Assembly (NCBI GenBank): GCA_030432715.1
Contig: JAUIML010000003.1
Location: 1-58,889 of the forward strand
From: Acidimicrobiia bacterium
GTDB lineage: Bacteria; Actinomycetota; Acidimicrobiia; Acidimicrobiales; Aldehydirespiratoraceae
Direction of reading: 5' to 3'
Length of the DNA stretch: 58,889 bases
A model generated the notes under the pieces. It did not search any database. It was given only the letters and a program-made list of their open reading frames with translations, and was not told the origin of the DNA. Position numbers and translations under genes: made by a program. The number at the start of each line of letters is the position of its first letter. Within the stretch, counting starts at the first letter, position 1. This document shows, one piece after another, positions 47,964 through 57,261 of the stretch.

Positions 47964-49149
47964 TCAGCCGCACTCCGCATGGCCGCGCGCACCGCCGCCG
48001 GCCCGACGCAGTGCGAGCCATTGGGCGAAGGCGAGGTAGGCACCGAACCAGGTCGCGACCGCGAACAGGACCGCACCCCACTCGAGCCCCCCGATCGAGA
48101 AACCCACCACGGGCAGCGTCCACTGGGCCAGGGTCGCCGCCCAGCGGGCGGCGAGACTCTCCCTCGTGGCGTCGGCGACGCGAAGCGCGATGAGCGGCGC
48201 GCGCCAGACCGAAAGCCCCACGAACCGCGCCCCCGTCGCGAAGAAGAGCGCGTGCGACACCTCCGCGATCTCCAGATCGAACGGACCGGGCGCGAGTTCG
48301 GCCATGTTGGCCAGCGCGAGCACGATCATCCATCCCGACGTCAGGGCTGCGGCGACCACGGCGATCCGGGCCAACACGCCCGGCGCGACGACATGGATCC
48401 CGTTCGCGCGAACCAGGGTCGGTACCAGGAACGTGGACAAGGCCACGTAGACGACGGAGAGCGGAGAGAACACGAGCACCGCGGAGGCGACCGCACCGCT
48501 CGATTCGGCACTCAGCATGACGGCGGCCAGGAGCAGGAAGACGACGTAGACGCTGCGGGCGAGCGCCGCCTCGATGCCGAGCCGGACGCTCTGCCGGCCG
48601 GCAACCGCGGTGAAGGTCGAGCAGTCGACCCCCCGGGCCGTCACCCCCCTCAGCAGCGTCGGGCCGGCGCTGACCGTCGCGCCGAAGAGCCACGCCCCCA
48701 GGTAGCCCACGGCCGACATGGTCCAGAGCCCGAGCGCATCCCCGGTTGCGGCAGCGACCACCACGAACAGCCACACCGGGAGCGCCACACGCAGCCACGA
48801 GCAGCATCGTCCGCACGTCGCCCCCCAGGAGCATCCCGAGCGACGCGAAGACGAGACCGAAGACGAGACCGATCGCGAGGGCGATGGCCGAAGCTCCCGA
48901 GAGAAACCTCGCGTGGCTTCCGCCCCCGTCGTCGCTCCCGCGGAAGTGCACGAGGATCGCTTCGCCCAGCGATCCCTGGACAACTGTCACCACGAGCTGG
49001 CACGCCTGGAAGATCAAGGCGAACCGACCGAAGGTCGCCAGATCGGACGAGGTCAGAACGAGCGCGGGCGGCAGGAAGTTGGTGAGGCTGGAGACACCCT
49101 GCGCACCGATCGTCGCGGACGCGTTGCGGATCGCGGCCGCGCCCTTCAT
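47964..49149 (-). pseudogene. Second Wzx-like flippase, frameshifted near 48770-48780
   Basis: N-half AQGVSSLTNF...FGRFALIF is in one frame and the C-half WLFVVVAAA... in another. A segment present in the paralog is missing. Confidence 0.75.
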
Positions 49150-49991
49150 CGCGAGGCGAACAGGCGCCGCGCTTCACGCTCCACGACCGCCCAGTGGACC
49201 CGGCCGACCGTGCGGAGACCGACCTGGGTCGCCAACCCGGCGAGTCCGACTCGCTGGGGTTCCTGCTGGCGCAGCCGCGCCTGCTTCCCGAGCTCCGCCT
49301 CGACGGCCGCGAGGTCGGTCAGGTCGGCGATCGGCTCGCAGACGGCGCGGAGGATCGAGCGCTCGGGCCACACGAGGTGCGACCCCGGGCGGGCGACCCA
49401 TCGCGACAGAAGGCCGGCGGCGACCACTCGAGCCGCAGCAGCCGACACCGGCAGCACCGTGGCGGGGCCGAAGTCGAAGACCCACAGCTCCCCGCTCTTG
49501 GTCCAGCCGATGTTCTTGGGGTCGAGCCCCTTCCAGACGGCGACCTCGGGCGGATCGTGCGAGATCGTCCGTTCGTCGAGGATCGAACGCAGAGCCCGCC
49601 CGACCTGGCCGGCCGGCGCGGCGTGTCGGGGCAAGGCCTGGCTGATGGAGTCGATCGTGCTCATCTCGATGAACGGCGCCACCAGCAGCAGTCGTTCGTC
49701 GACTCGACCGAGGACGGGAACCACCCGCAGACCGTCGACGAGCGTGTCGGGCAGCGACGCGACGAAGTCGGTCTCTCCCCGAAAGCCCTTGTCGTGACGG
49801 CCGCCGATCCGGTCGGCGAACTGCTTCACGAAGTAGCGGGTGCCGTCGGCCGACTCGGCCCGTCCCACCCGAGACCAGTTTCGCTGCTTCACCGACTGGA
49901 TCGTGAGTTCGCCGACCCCGTCGACGACGAGACGTTCGCGGACGGTGATCACGTCGAGCGGCGATGTCGGGCGCGGATCGTCCATCGTCAT
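49146..49991 (-). CDS. Protein-kinase-like/phosphotransferase-fold protein
   Basis: YFVKQF, helix-C E, LLVAPFIE, GLDPKNI, WVFDFG. Confidence 0.65.
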   Translation of the reverse strand: MTMDDPRPTSPLDVITVRERLVVDGVGELTIQSVKQRNWSRVGRAESADGTRYFVKQFADRIGGRHDKGFRGETDFVASLPDTLVDGLRVVPVLGRVDERLLLVAPFIEMSTIDSISQALPRHAAPAGQVGRALRSILDERTISHDPPEVAVWKGLDPKNIGWTKSGELWVFDFGPATVLPVSAAAARVVAAGLLSRWVARPGSHLVWPERSILRAVCEPIADLTDLAAVEAELGKQARLRQQEPQRVGLAGLATQVGLRTVGRVHWAVVEREARRLFASR

Positions 49992-50198
49992 CGCCGTGCG
50001 CCGCGAGCCGCAGCCGGGCGTGGGAGTCGTGGATGGGTTGGCGTGCGATGCATGAGGGAGAACTCGGGAGAGCGAGGCTCACAGTACCGCTGACGAAGGA
50101 TCCGACTGCGGAAGGCGTGACGGTCAGTCGGTCGACCAGACGGCCCTGCGGGCTTACACTCCATCATCGGCAGCCGGGCGTAGGGAAGTAGGACACGA

Positions 50199-51173
50199 AT
50201 GGGCACCGGAGACCGCAGGGCCGCACGCGGTGCCGGCCCCCCTGGGGGTTCCGCCGACGATCTCGTGTCCATCGTCGTCCTGAACTGGAACAGCGGCGAC
50301 CTCGGCGTCGCTGCCGTGGCTTCGGCGTTCGCCCAGTCATGGCATGCCGTCGAAGTGATCGTGGTCGACAACGCCAGCACCGATCACTCGCTCCGACTGA
50401 TCCTCGACCGCCACCCCGACGTCGAGCTCGTCCAGAACGAGGCCAACCTCGGATTCGCACGCGGGATGAACAGCGGAATCGCCGTCGCCCGCGGCGCGTT
50501 CGTCCTTCCCCTCAACTGCGACGCCGAGCTCGACCCCACGTATGTCGAACGGCTGGTCGAGGTCCTGCGCTCCCATCCCGACGCGGCCGCCGCCGGCGGG
50601 CGCGTCTCATCGGGGCGGGTCGGAGAGTCGGGACCGCTCGCGGTCACGGCGACCATGCGAACCCGCAATCTGCCGGTCTCGGACCCGATCGCAGCCGACA
50701 AGCTCAACGGTGCGTGCCCGCTGTTTCGCCGCACGGCACTCGACCTCGTACGCGCCGAATTCGGTGGACCCTACGACGACTCCTACGACATGTACGGCGA
50801 GGACGTCGATCTCGCACTGACCCTCGGCGCACTCGGGTGGACGCTTCGCTACGAACCCGAAGCGCGCGCCACCCACGTGCGGTCGTACGGCTCGGCGCCG
50901 AGGGTGGCCGATCGACGGGGGCGTTTCCGTGTCTCGACGTTGGCGAACCGCCACCGCAACATCGTCCGCCACGCGCCCGCGCCGTGGCCGGCCACGACCC
51001 TCTTCGCGCTCGGACAGGACATGGGATTCATGGTCCTGCGGATCCTGGCCCGCGACCGCGACGCCGTTCGCGACGTGACGGCAGCCTGGCGCCGGGTGGT
51101 CCGGAACCTGCGCGCGGACCTGCGGAAGCGGCGGACGCTCAGGCGGCGGAAGGGCCAGGAGCCGAGGCGCTGA
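50199..51173 (+). CDS. GT2 glycosyltransferase
   Basis: VSIVVLNWN, VVDNASTD, NLGFARGMN, LNCD, YGEDVDL. Confidence 0.93.
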   Translation: MGTGDRRAARGAGPPGGSADDLVSIVVLNWNSGDLGVAAVASAFAQSWHAVEVIVVDNASTDHSLRLILDRHPDVELVQNEANLGFARGMNSGIAVARGAFVLPLNCDAELDPTYVERLVEVLRSHPDAAAAGGRVSSGRVGESGPLAVTATMRTRNLPVSDPIAADKLNGACPLFRRTALDLVRAEFGGPYDDSYDMYGEDVDLALTLGALGWTLRYEPEARATHVRSYGSAPRVADRRGRFRVSTLANRHRNIVRHAPAPWPATTLFALGQDMGFMVLRILARDRDAVRDVTAAWRRVVRNLRADLRKRRTLRRRKGQEPRR

Positions 51174-52371
51174 GCACCCTACGCACCGCGCCGACGTCGC
51201 TGTCGGCGACGACCGCAAACCAGGGCCCGCCGGCGATGCACCCGGCGAAGGCGCGTACGAACTCGCCGGCCACCACGTCGCGCTGAGCCCGGGTCACCCG
51301 CGGGCTCCGCAGCACGGCAGCCGTGTGGCGCAGCAGCGCGTCGGTACCCGGCGGCCATTCCTTGCGGTGCTCGGCGCGAACCCGCTGCGTCCATCGCCGA
51401 ACGGCCGATCGGGACGGTTCATCGAGCGCGGCGAGCAGGCCGTCGTCGCCCGACAGCAGGCTGAGGTCCACGTCGACGCGACCGTCGAGGTCGGACTGCT
51501 CATCGTCGGGCCCGGCATCGTCGGACCGGGAGACGATCAGCGGCTCACGGTCGTCGGGGCGGAACAGGGTCGGTACCGAGTCGATGGTCCTCGCGACGAA
51601 CGGACCCTCCGGGTCGCCGGCGAACTCGGGGGCGAAGGGCGCCTCCGGCCGGTCGAGGGTCGACACGAAGACCTCGGGGTCGTCGGCGAGCAACCGGGCG
51701 TAGTGTCCGACCTGCCAGCCCGATGCCGCCCTCGAGCGGGCCCGGGCCACGAGCTGCTCGGGATCGCGCTCGTTGTACTGCACGATCACGTAGCCGTCGA
51801 CGAGCTCCCCGGGCCGGTGTGATCGAGGGATCACCTTGGAGTGCAGGGCGGGATCGAAGTCGCGGCTGCCGTCGTCGAAGAAGAAGCGCGACTCGGGGAC
51901 CCCCGGCCACATGGTGTGGAGAACCCGCTGCCGCATGGGAACCCCCGACTTCCATCGTTGTTCGTCGTCGGGGTGGAGGAACGCGTGCGCGACCCGCACT
52001 CGCACCGAGGGATGCAGCGCCGGATGGCGGGCCGCCAACATCGGCCGCGGGTCCTGGTCGAGGAACTCGTCGGCGTGGAGCACGCCGATCCAGTTGTCGA
52101 CCCCGTGGTCCCGGCGGATGCGGTCGAGGAGCACCTGCCGGGCACCGTCGGTCACGCCGTCGGGGAACCAGTCGGCGTCGCGGGCGTGCCAGCACACCTC
52201 GGGTCGCGCCGCGAGAATCGCATCGGTGCGGGCCACCCGATCTGGGTCGGTCGTGCCGTCGAGCACATAGATCCGATCGAACCAGCGCACCGCGCCGGCC
52301 AGGGTCTCGGCCAGGACGTCGTCCTCGTCGCGGATCATCATCATGCCGATCAGGCGGTCGCCGTCGCCCAC
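51139..52371 (-). CDS. GT2-like glycosyltransferase
   Basis: MMIRDEDDVL...YVLDG...WIGVLHADEFL. Confidence 0.75.
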   Translation of the reverse strand: MGDGDRLIGMMMIRDEDDVLAETLAGAVRWFDRIYVLDGTTDPDRVARTDAILAARPEVCWHARDADWFPDGVTDGARQVLLDRIRRDHGVDNWIGVLHADEFLDQDPRPMLAARHPALHPSVRVRVAHAFLHPDDEQRWKSGVPMRQRVLHTMWPGVPESRFFFDDGSRDFDPALHSKVIPRSHRPGELVDGYVIVQYNERDPEQLVARARSRAASGWQVGHYARLLADDPEVFVSTLDRPEAPFAPEFAGDPEGPFVARTIDSVPTLFRPDDREPLIVSRSDDAGPDDEQSDLDGRVDVDLSLLSGDDGLLAALDEPSRSAVRRWTQRVRAEHRKEWPPGTDALLRHTAAVLRSPRVTRAQRDVVAGEFVRAFAGCIAGGPWFAVVADSDVGAVRRVLSASAPGPSAA

Positions 52372-52521
52372 GCCCCCCAGGCTGTGGAGCCGGCCCGGCC
52401 GGCTCCGCCGGACCAGGGCGGTCGGGTGATCCCGGAGCTCCCGGAGGCGGCCTCGGCCCGGGAGCCGACCGCGTCGGCGGGGCCATCGCCAACGTTCGCC
52501 GAACTGAGCCACACTGGCGCG

Positions 52522-53457
52522 GTGCCCAGTTCCCCTGAATCGCACGTGACGATCCTACTCTCGACGTTCAACGGCGAACGATGGCTCCCCGCACTCCTCG
52601 ACTCGATTCGGGCACAGACGCACGGTGAGTGGACCCTCCTCGTCCGCGACGACGGGTCCACCGATCGCACCGGCTCGCTGATCGATGCCGCGGCGAACGA
52701 CGACCCCAGGGTCCGTCGACACGACGACGATCTCGGCAATCTCGGTCCCGCGGCGTCGTTCATGATCCTGCTCGGACTGGTCGAGTCGGGCTGCTTCGCG
52801 TTCTGTGACCAGGACGACGAGTGGCTTCCCGACAAGCTCGAGCAGACTCTCGCGGCCATGCCCGGCGACCCCATCGCCGCGGTCTACACCGATGCCACGC
52901 TGGTCAGCGCCACGGGCGAGGTGCTCCATCCCTCCGCCCTCGCCGAACGCGGCCTCTCACCAGATCGCGCACTCCCCTTCGGCCAACTCCTCGTCAACAA
53001 CGCGGCGATCGGCGCGACGATGGTCGGCACGGCCGACCTCGCGCGGCGGGCCGTCGAACTGGCCGACGACCGCCCCGTCCTGATGCACGACTGGTGGGTG
53101 GCGCTGGTGGCCGAGCACCAGGGAACGCTGGCGTGCCATCGGCGGTCGACCCTGCGGTGGCGACGGCACGACGCAACCGTGACCGGTGGGCGCCCGAGCG
53201 GGATACGCGGCCGATCGGCGCGGCGCCGCGAGTACCTGCGCTGGTCCATCGACGCCGGCCGCCGGTTGTCGAGCGCCGGCCATGCCGTCGACGCCGGCCA
53301 CGACGCTGCCGCACGCGCGATCGGGGCGCTCGACCCCTCTGCGCCCGGTGTGGTTGCACTGTCCAGACTGTGGTCATCACACGGCGTGAGAGCGTGGCCG
53401 ATGCGGCGGCAGTGGCCACTACTCCTCGCCGTCGCGCTGGGCCGAACGGATCAATGA
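52522..53457 (+). CDS. GT2 glycosyltransferase (rhamnosyltransferase-like)
   Basis: LLSTFNGERWL, RDDGSTD, FCDQDDEWLPDKL, MHDWW. Confidence 0.9.
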   Translation: MPSSPESHVTILLSTFNGERWLPALLDSIRAQTHGEWTLLVRDDGSTDRTGSLIDAAANDDPRVRRHDDDLGNLGPAASFMILLGLVESGCFAFCDQDDEWLPDKLEQTLAAMPGDPIAAVYTDATLVSATGEVLHPSALAERGLSPDRALPFGQLLVNNAAIGATMVGTADLARRAVELADDRPVLMHDWWVALVAEHQGTLACHRRSTLRWRRHDATVTGGRPSGIRGRSARRREYLRWSIDAGRRLSSAGHAVDAGHDAAARAIGALDPSAPGVVALSRLWSSHGVRAWPMRRQWPLLLAVALGRTDQ

Positions 53458-53569
53458 CGTCAGTTCCTCGCTCTGGGTCTTGCGCGAAACCACTCTTGGT
53501 GGCCACACTGTGGGCAACTAGTGGCAAAAGTCACCGAGAAGCCCGCCTTTCGCACCCAAGAGCCGGACG

Positions 53570-55411
53570 TTGAGCAACACCACCGACGCAACCTCACGGA
53601 CAATCCATGTCGTCGACGAGCCCCGCGTCGACGGACCCCGTCAGCGGCGCTTCTACGAGCGGCATCTCAAGCGACCGATCGACGTCGTCGGGGCCGCCAT
53701 CCTCATCGTGTTGACCGCCCCACTGACCGCGTTGGTGGCGCTCGCCGTGGCGGTCACGCTGGGTCGCCCGGTGATCTTCCGTCAGACCCGCGTCACCAAG
53801 GGTGCGGAAGACTTCACGATGTTCAAGTTCCGTTCGATGCGGCCCGAGGACAAGCCGATGGCCGACGGGCAGTACCACGCACCGAAGGACGACCCTCGCC
53901 ACACCCGCTTCGGCAAGTTCATCCGCCGAATCTCGCTCGACGAGCTTCCTCAGCTCTGGAACGTGTTGCGCGGCGACATGAGCCTCATCGGCCCGCGCCC
54001 CGAGCTGCCGGCCGTGGTGAAGGCCTTCGATCTCGCCGGACACCCTCGTCACGAGGTGCGGGCCGGGATGACCGGGCCATGGCAGGTGTCGGAGTACCGC
54101 AACGGCTACGTCCACATGAACGTCCACGTCGACGCGGAGTACGTGGGCGACCTGACGTTCCGCCGCGACATGGAGATCGCGCTGCGGACGATCGGATTGT
54201 TCATCGGGCTCGGTCATCCGGCGCTGCCTTCGGAGCTCGCCGCGCCGCCTCACCTGCGGGCGCCGTCGGACAAGCCCTTGCGGGTCCTGCATGTCCTCGA
54301 GCCGGCCATGGCCGGCGTGCCCGCCTACGTGGAGAAGCTCGGGCGCGAGCTCCACGGCCGCGGGATCGACCAGATCGTGGTGACCACCGATCGACAGGAG
54401 TGGGCCTTCGACGAGTGGCCGACCCGGGTGATCCACCTGCCCTGGAAGCGCAACCTGCGCGACACGCTCGCCGTGTCGAAGACGATCCGTCAGCTCGTCA
54501 TCGACGAACAGATCGACCTCGTCCACGCCCACGCCACCTTCGCCGGTCTCGCCACCCGGGTTCGCCGTCTCGGCGCACCCGTGATCTACCAGCCGCACGG
54601 ATGGGGCCACCTGTCGATCCGGCGTCGTTCGGTCGCCCACGCAGTGCGCGCCGTGGAGAAGCGACTCGACCGGCACACCGATGTGCTCCTCACGCTCAGC
54701 GAGCACGAGGACGCCGACGCCCCGATCGCCCGCGAGACCCAGCGCGTGCGCCCGGTGGTGGACCTCACCGGGTTCGAGTCGCTCCCCGACATCGACCGCA
54801 TCGAGACCCGCCTCGAGCTGGGGTGGGGACGCGACGAACGGATCCACATCTGTGTGGGCGAGCTCAGCCACCGCAAGAACCAGATGGCACTCGCCGTCGC
54901 GTGGACCAAGCACGCAGGTCCCCGCGACCGCCTCGTGTTCGTCGGCGACGGCGCGTTGCGGGGCGAACTCGAGGAGCTGTGCAGCGACCGCATCCAGTTG
55001 GTCGGCTGGCGCAGCGACATCGCCCGCCTGATGGGCGCGGCCGACTCCCTCGTCGTCCCGTCGCTCGGCGAGGGCTTCTCACTCGTGATCCTCGAGGCCT
55101 TGGCCTGCGGCCTCCCCGTCTTCTCCACCTCGATCGGTGGCACCGAGATCATCTCGCCCGCCGATGGCCGCGTCCTGACCACGCCCGACGAGGTCGTCCG
55201 GGCTGCGATCGCGTCGCCTCTGCCCGACGGTGGCCCCGAGGAGCGCCTCGCTCGCGCCGAGCGCCATCACAACGCGGCGTCGCTCGAAACGGTCGCCGAC
55301 GACTTCATCGAGATCTATGCCCGCACCGTCGGACGCGAGCAGGACATCGTCGACCTCCGCGACGACCGGGCTCACGAACCGGTGCAGGGCCAGACCACGC
55401 CCCGCGCCTAG
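53570..55411 (+). CDS. Priming phosphoglycosyl transferase fused to a GT4 glycosyltransferase
   Basis: KRPID..., FKFRSM, SLDELPQLWNVLRGDMSLIGPRP, then LRVLHV...HAH...EGFSLVILEA. Confidence 0.92.
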   Translation: MSNTTDATSRTIHVVDEPRVDGPRQRRFYERHLKRPIDVVGAAILIVLTAPLTALVALAVAVTLGRPVIFRQTRVTKGAEDFTMFKFRSMRPEDKPMADGQYHAPKDDPRHTRFGKFIRRISLDELPQLWNVLRGDMSLIGPRPELPAVVKAFDLAGHPRHEVRAGMTGPWQVSEYRNGYVHMNVHVDAEYVGDLTFRRDMEIALRTIGLFIGLGHPALPSELAAPPHLRAPSDKPLRVLHVLEPAMAGVPAYVEKLGRELHGRGIDQIVVTTDRQEWAFDEWPTRVIHLPWKRNLRDTLAVSKTIRQLVIDEQIDLVHAHATFAGLATRVRRLGAPVIYQPHGWGHLSIRRRSVAHAVRAVEKRLDRHTDVLLTLSEHEDADAPIARETQRVRPVVDLTGFESLPDIDRIETRLELGWGRDERIHICVGELSHRKNQMALAVAWTKHAGPRDRLVFVGDGALRGELEELCSDRIQLVGWRSDIARLMGAADSLVVPSLGEGFSLVILEALACGLPVFSTSIGGTEIISPADGRVLTTPDEVVRAAIASPLPDGGPEERLARAERHHNAASLETVADDFIEIYARTVGREQDIVDLRDDRAHEPVQGQTTPRA

Positions 55412-55467
55412 CTGTACGCGGCCGATCTCTCGACCCCCTGAGGTGCGGGACCGGTAACCTCGCCGGT

Positions 55468-55544
55468 GGGCCGCTAGCTCATCGGGTTAGAGCAGGGGAC
55501 TTTTAATCCCAAGGTGCCGGGTTCGAGTCCCGGGCGGCCCACCA
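55468..55544 (+). tRNA. tRNA-Lys (anticodon UUU)
   Basis: GGGCCGC acceptor pairs with GCGGCCC-A-CCA; anticodon loop CT-TTT-AA; GTTCGAGTCC T-arm. Confidence 0.96.
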
Positions 55545-55613
55545 ACCGAAACGCTCGGCTGGCGGCGACCCCTCAACGCCTCCGCACAGCTCACGAACGG
55601 CGCGATTCGCCAT

Positions 55614-55892
55614 TCACGTCCCTGACGGCGGGTGTGCAAGCGCAAAGAGCCAGTAGATGGAAGCGCTGACAAGGATTGCTCGCCTGCCCCCGAATGCTGC
55701 TGGCGCTACCCCTATGGCTCCGAGGATCACGACACCGAATCGCACGACGGTCCGGTCTTCCTCCCATGACTCGGGCACTGCCGGAAGCCAGGCCTCCAAC
55801 TCAAGCGGTTCTCTTGTTCCGAACAGGAGCAGGCCGCTGACGCCAACCGACAGTACGGCTGCAATCACAACCAGTCGTGGCCTACGGTTCAT
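55614..55892 (-). CDS. Small hypothetical membrane protein (possibly a remnant)
   Basis: MNRRPRLVVIAAVLSVG... with hydrophobic segments; atypical codon usage. Confidence 0.4.
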   Translation of the reverse strand: MNRRPRLVVIAAVLSVGVSGLLLFGTREPLELEAWLPAVPESWEEDRTVVRFGVVILGAIGVAPAAFGGRRAILVSASIYWLFALAHPPSGT

Positions 55893-56031
55893 GAGGCACT
55901 CTCTCCGGCACGCAGCGAGGTGCAAGGGACGGGTGCAGAGGCGACACGATACTCCACTCACGCTCCCACCCTGGCCGCGTAGCGAGCATATCAGCCCCAA
56001 AGCGAAGGACTCTTACCGACAATCCCGCCGG

Positions 56032-56395
56032 CTAACCCAAGTCGATCTCGACGACTTCACCGGCGCGCCAAACCGGGAAACGAGCGCACGGACCGATCAG
56101 GTCTTCGAGGGAACCCTGCTTCGCACGATTGCCGCCGACCGCAACCGAAACGACCCCCCCATCTAGCGTGGCCTGGATCGCTGCCTCGACCTCCTGCTTT
56201 GCCGAGGCAGGCCATACGACAGCATGGCCGTCGACGAGGAGACAGTTGCCCCGGATCTCCGTAGTGCCGGTGAGACGGGCTCGCGCTGCACTCGGGCTTG
56301 AACCAACGAGATACGTGACGCCATCCTCCGTCTCCATGGCCACTGACACTGATTCGCCACGCTCTCCTTCATCGCTACTACAACCGCTCGCCCAG
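56032..56395 (-). pseudogene. 5'-truncated lipoprotein-like ORF
   Basis: ASGC|SSDEG lipobox-like sequence without a signal h-region; ARLTG...GNCL...VVWP...VGG motif. Confidence 0.45.
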
Positions 56396-56473
56396 TGCGC
56401 TGCGCGCCGCCGTCGAGCCGACGACGTCGGAGAACAGGACGGTGGCCGTGGTGGGCCGGTGGTCTTCTGACAC
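56378..56473 (-). pseudogene. N-terminal remnant of a class III adenylate/guanylate cyclase
   Basis: Manual translation VSEDHRPTTATVLFSDVVGSTAARSALGERL* matches the TVLFxDxxGST first metal-binding motif. Confidence 0.65.
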
Positions 56474-56607
56474 CGCGCCAGAGTACGGCACCGCTCACCT
56501 CGGCGTTCCACTGTCCAGAAGGATGCCTCTCGGCGAAGGCCGCCAGCGGCGGCCTCGACCCTCGTCAACCTGGGTTGACGACTCTCTCGTGCCGACGCTT
56601 CGGCGGG

Positions 56608-57087
56608 TCAGCCGCGCATGACGGCGAGGCGGCCGATCGCCCGCCGACTGATGCGGCTGGCCGCCACGGGGGCGACGTCCATGAGCGTCATCAGCTCGGC
56701 CCGGTCCAGCTCTCGCACCCGGGTGATGCCGGTGGTGCGGACCGTGGCGGTGCGGGGCAGCGCCACCGGTGCGGCGCCGGGTCCACCGGGGCGGGTGTAG
56801 AGCAGCGCCACTTCGCCGAAGAACTCGCCGGCGGCCAGGGTGTTGACGACCTCGCCGTTGACGACGACCTCGACCTCACCCTCGATGATGAGCGAGAAGC
56901 GCTCGGCCCGGGAACCCTCGGACACGATCTCGGCGCCGGGCAGATAGACGTATTCGGTGCCGAGATCACGCACTCGGCGGCGGGCACGACGCCCCACTTC
57001 GCCACAGACGCTCTCCCACCAGTACTCGTTGCCCGCCGTGGTCCGGACCTGGGTGGCGGTTGCGGGTGTGGTCGTGGTTGCGGTCAT
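56608..57087 (-). CDS. Stand-alone cyclic-nucleotide-binding domain protein
   Basis: IVSEG...IIEGEVEV...GEFFGEVALL...PRTATV; AAGGGGAG RBS. Confidence 0.9.
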   Translation of the reverse strand: MTATTTTPATATQVRTTAGNEYWWESVCGEVGRRARRRVRDLGTEYVYLPGAEIVSEGSRAERFSLIIEGEVEVVVNGEVVNTLAAGEFFGEVALLYTRPGGPGAAPVALPRTATVRTTGITRVRELDRAELMTLMDVAPVAASRISRRAIGRLAVMRG

Positions 57088-57201
57088 CGTGCTCCCCTTG
57101 CGGTGACTCGGCCGGCGCTTCCGGCTCGTGCCCGATGCGGACACAGTTGTCATCCAACCCGCTGCCCCGGATCCGTTCCGTGACGTGGGTTCCACACGGC
57201 G

Positions 57202-57217
57202 TGTGTCGTTGGTCACA
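57202..57217. promoter_or_regulatory. Putative CRP-family operator
   Basis: TGTGT-CGTTGG-TCACA versus consensus TGTGA-N6-TCACA. Confidence 0.5.
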
Positions 57218-57261
57218 GGGCCGCGTTCACGGCAGCGGCTCGGGCATCTACCATCGGGTCC

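Noticed and set aside
56449-56458. 10-nt match to the tRNA-Lys 3' end (CGGCCCACCA) as a possible att site
   Set aside because: Inverted orientation, short and GC-rich, and inside the cyclase remnant's coding sequence. Chance is likely.
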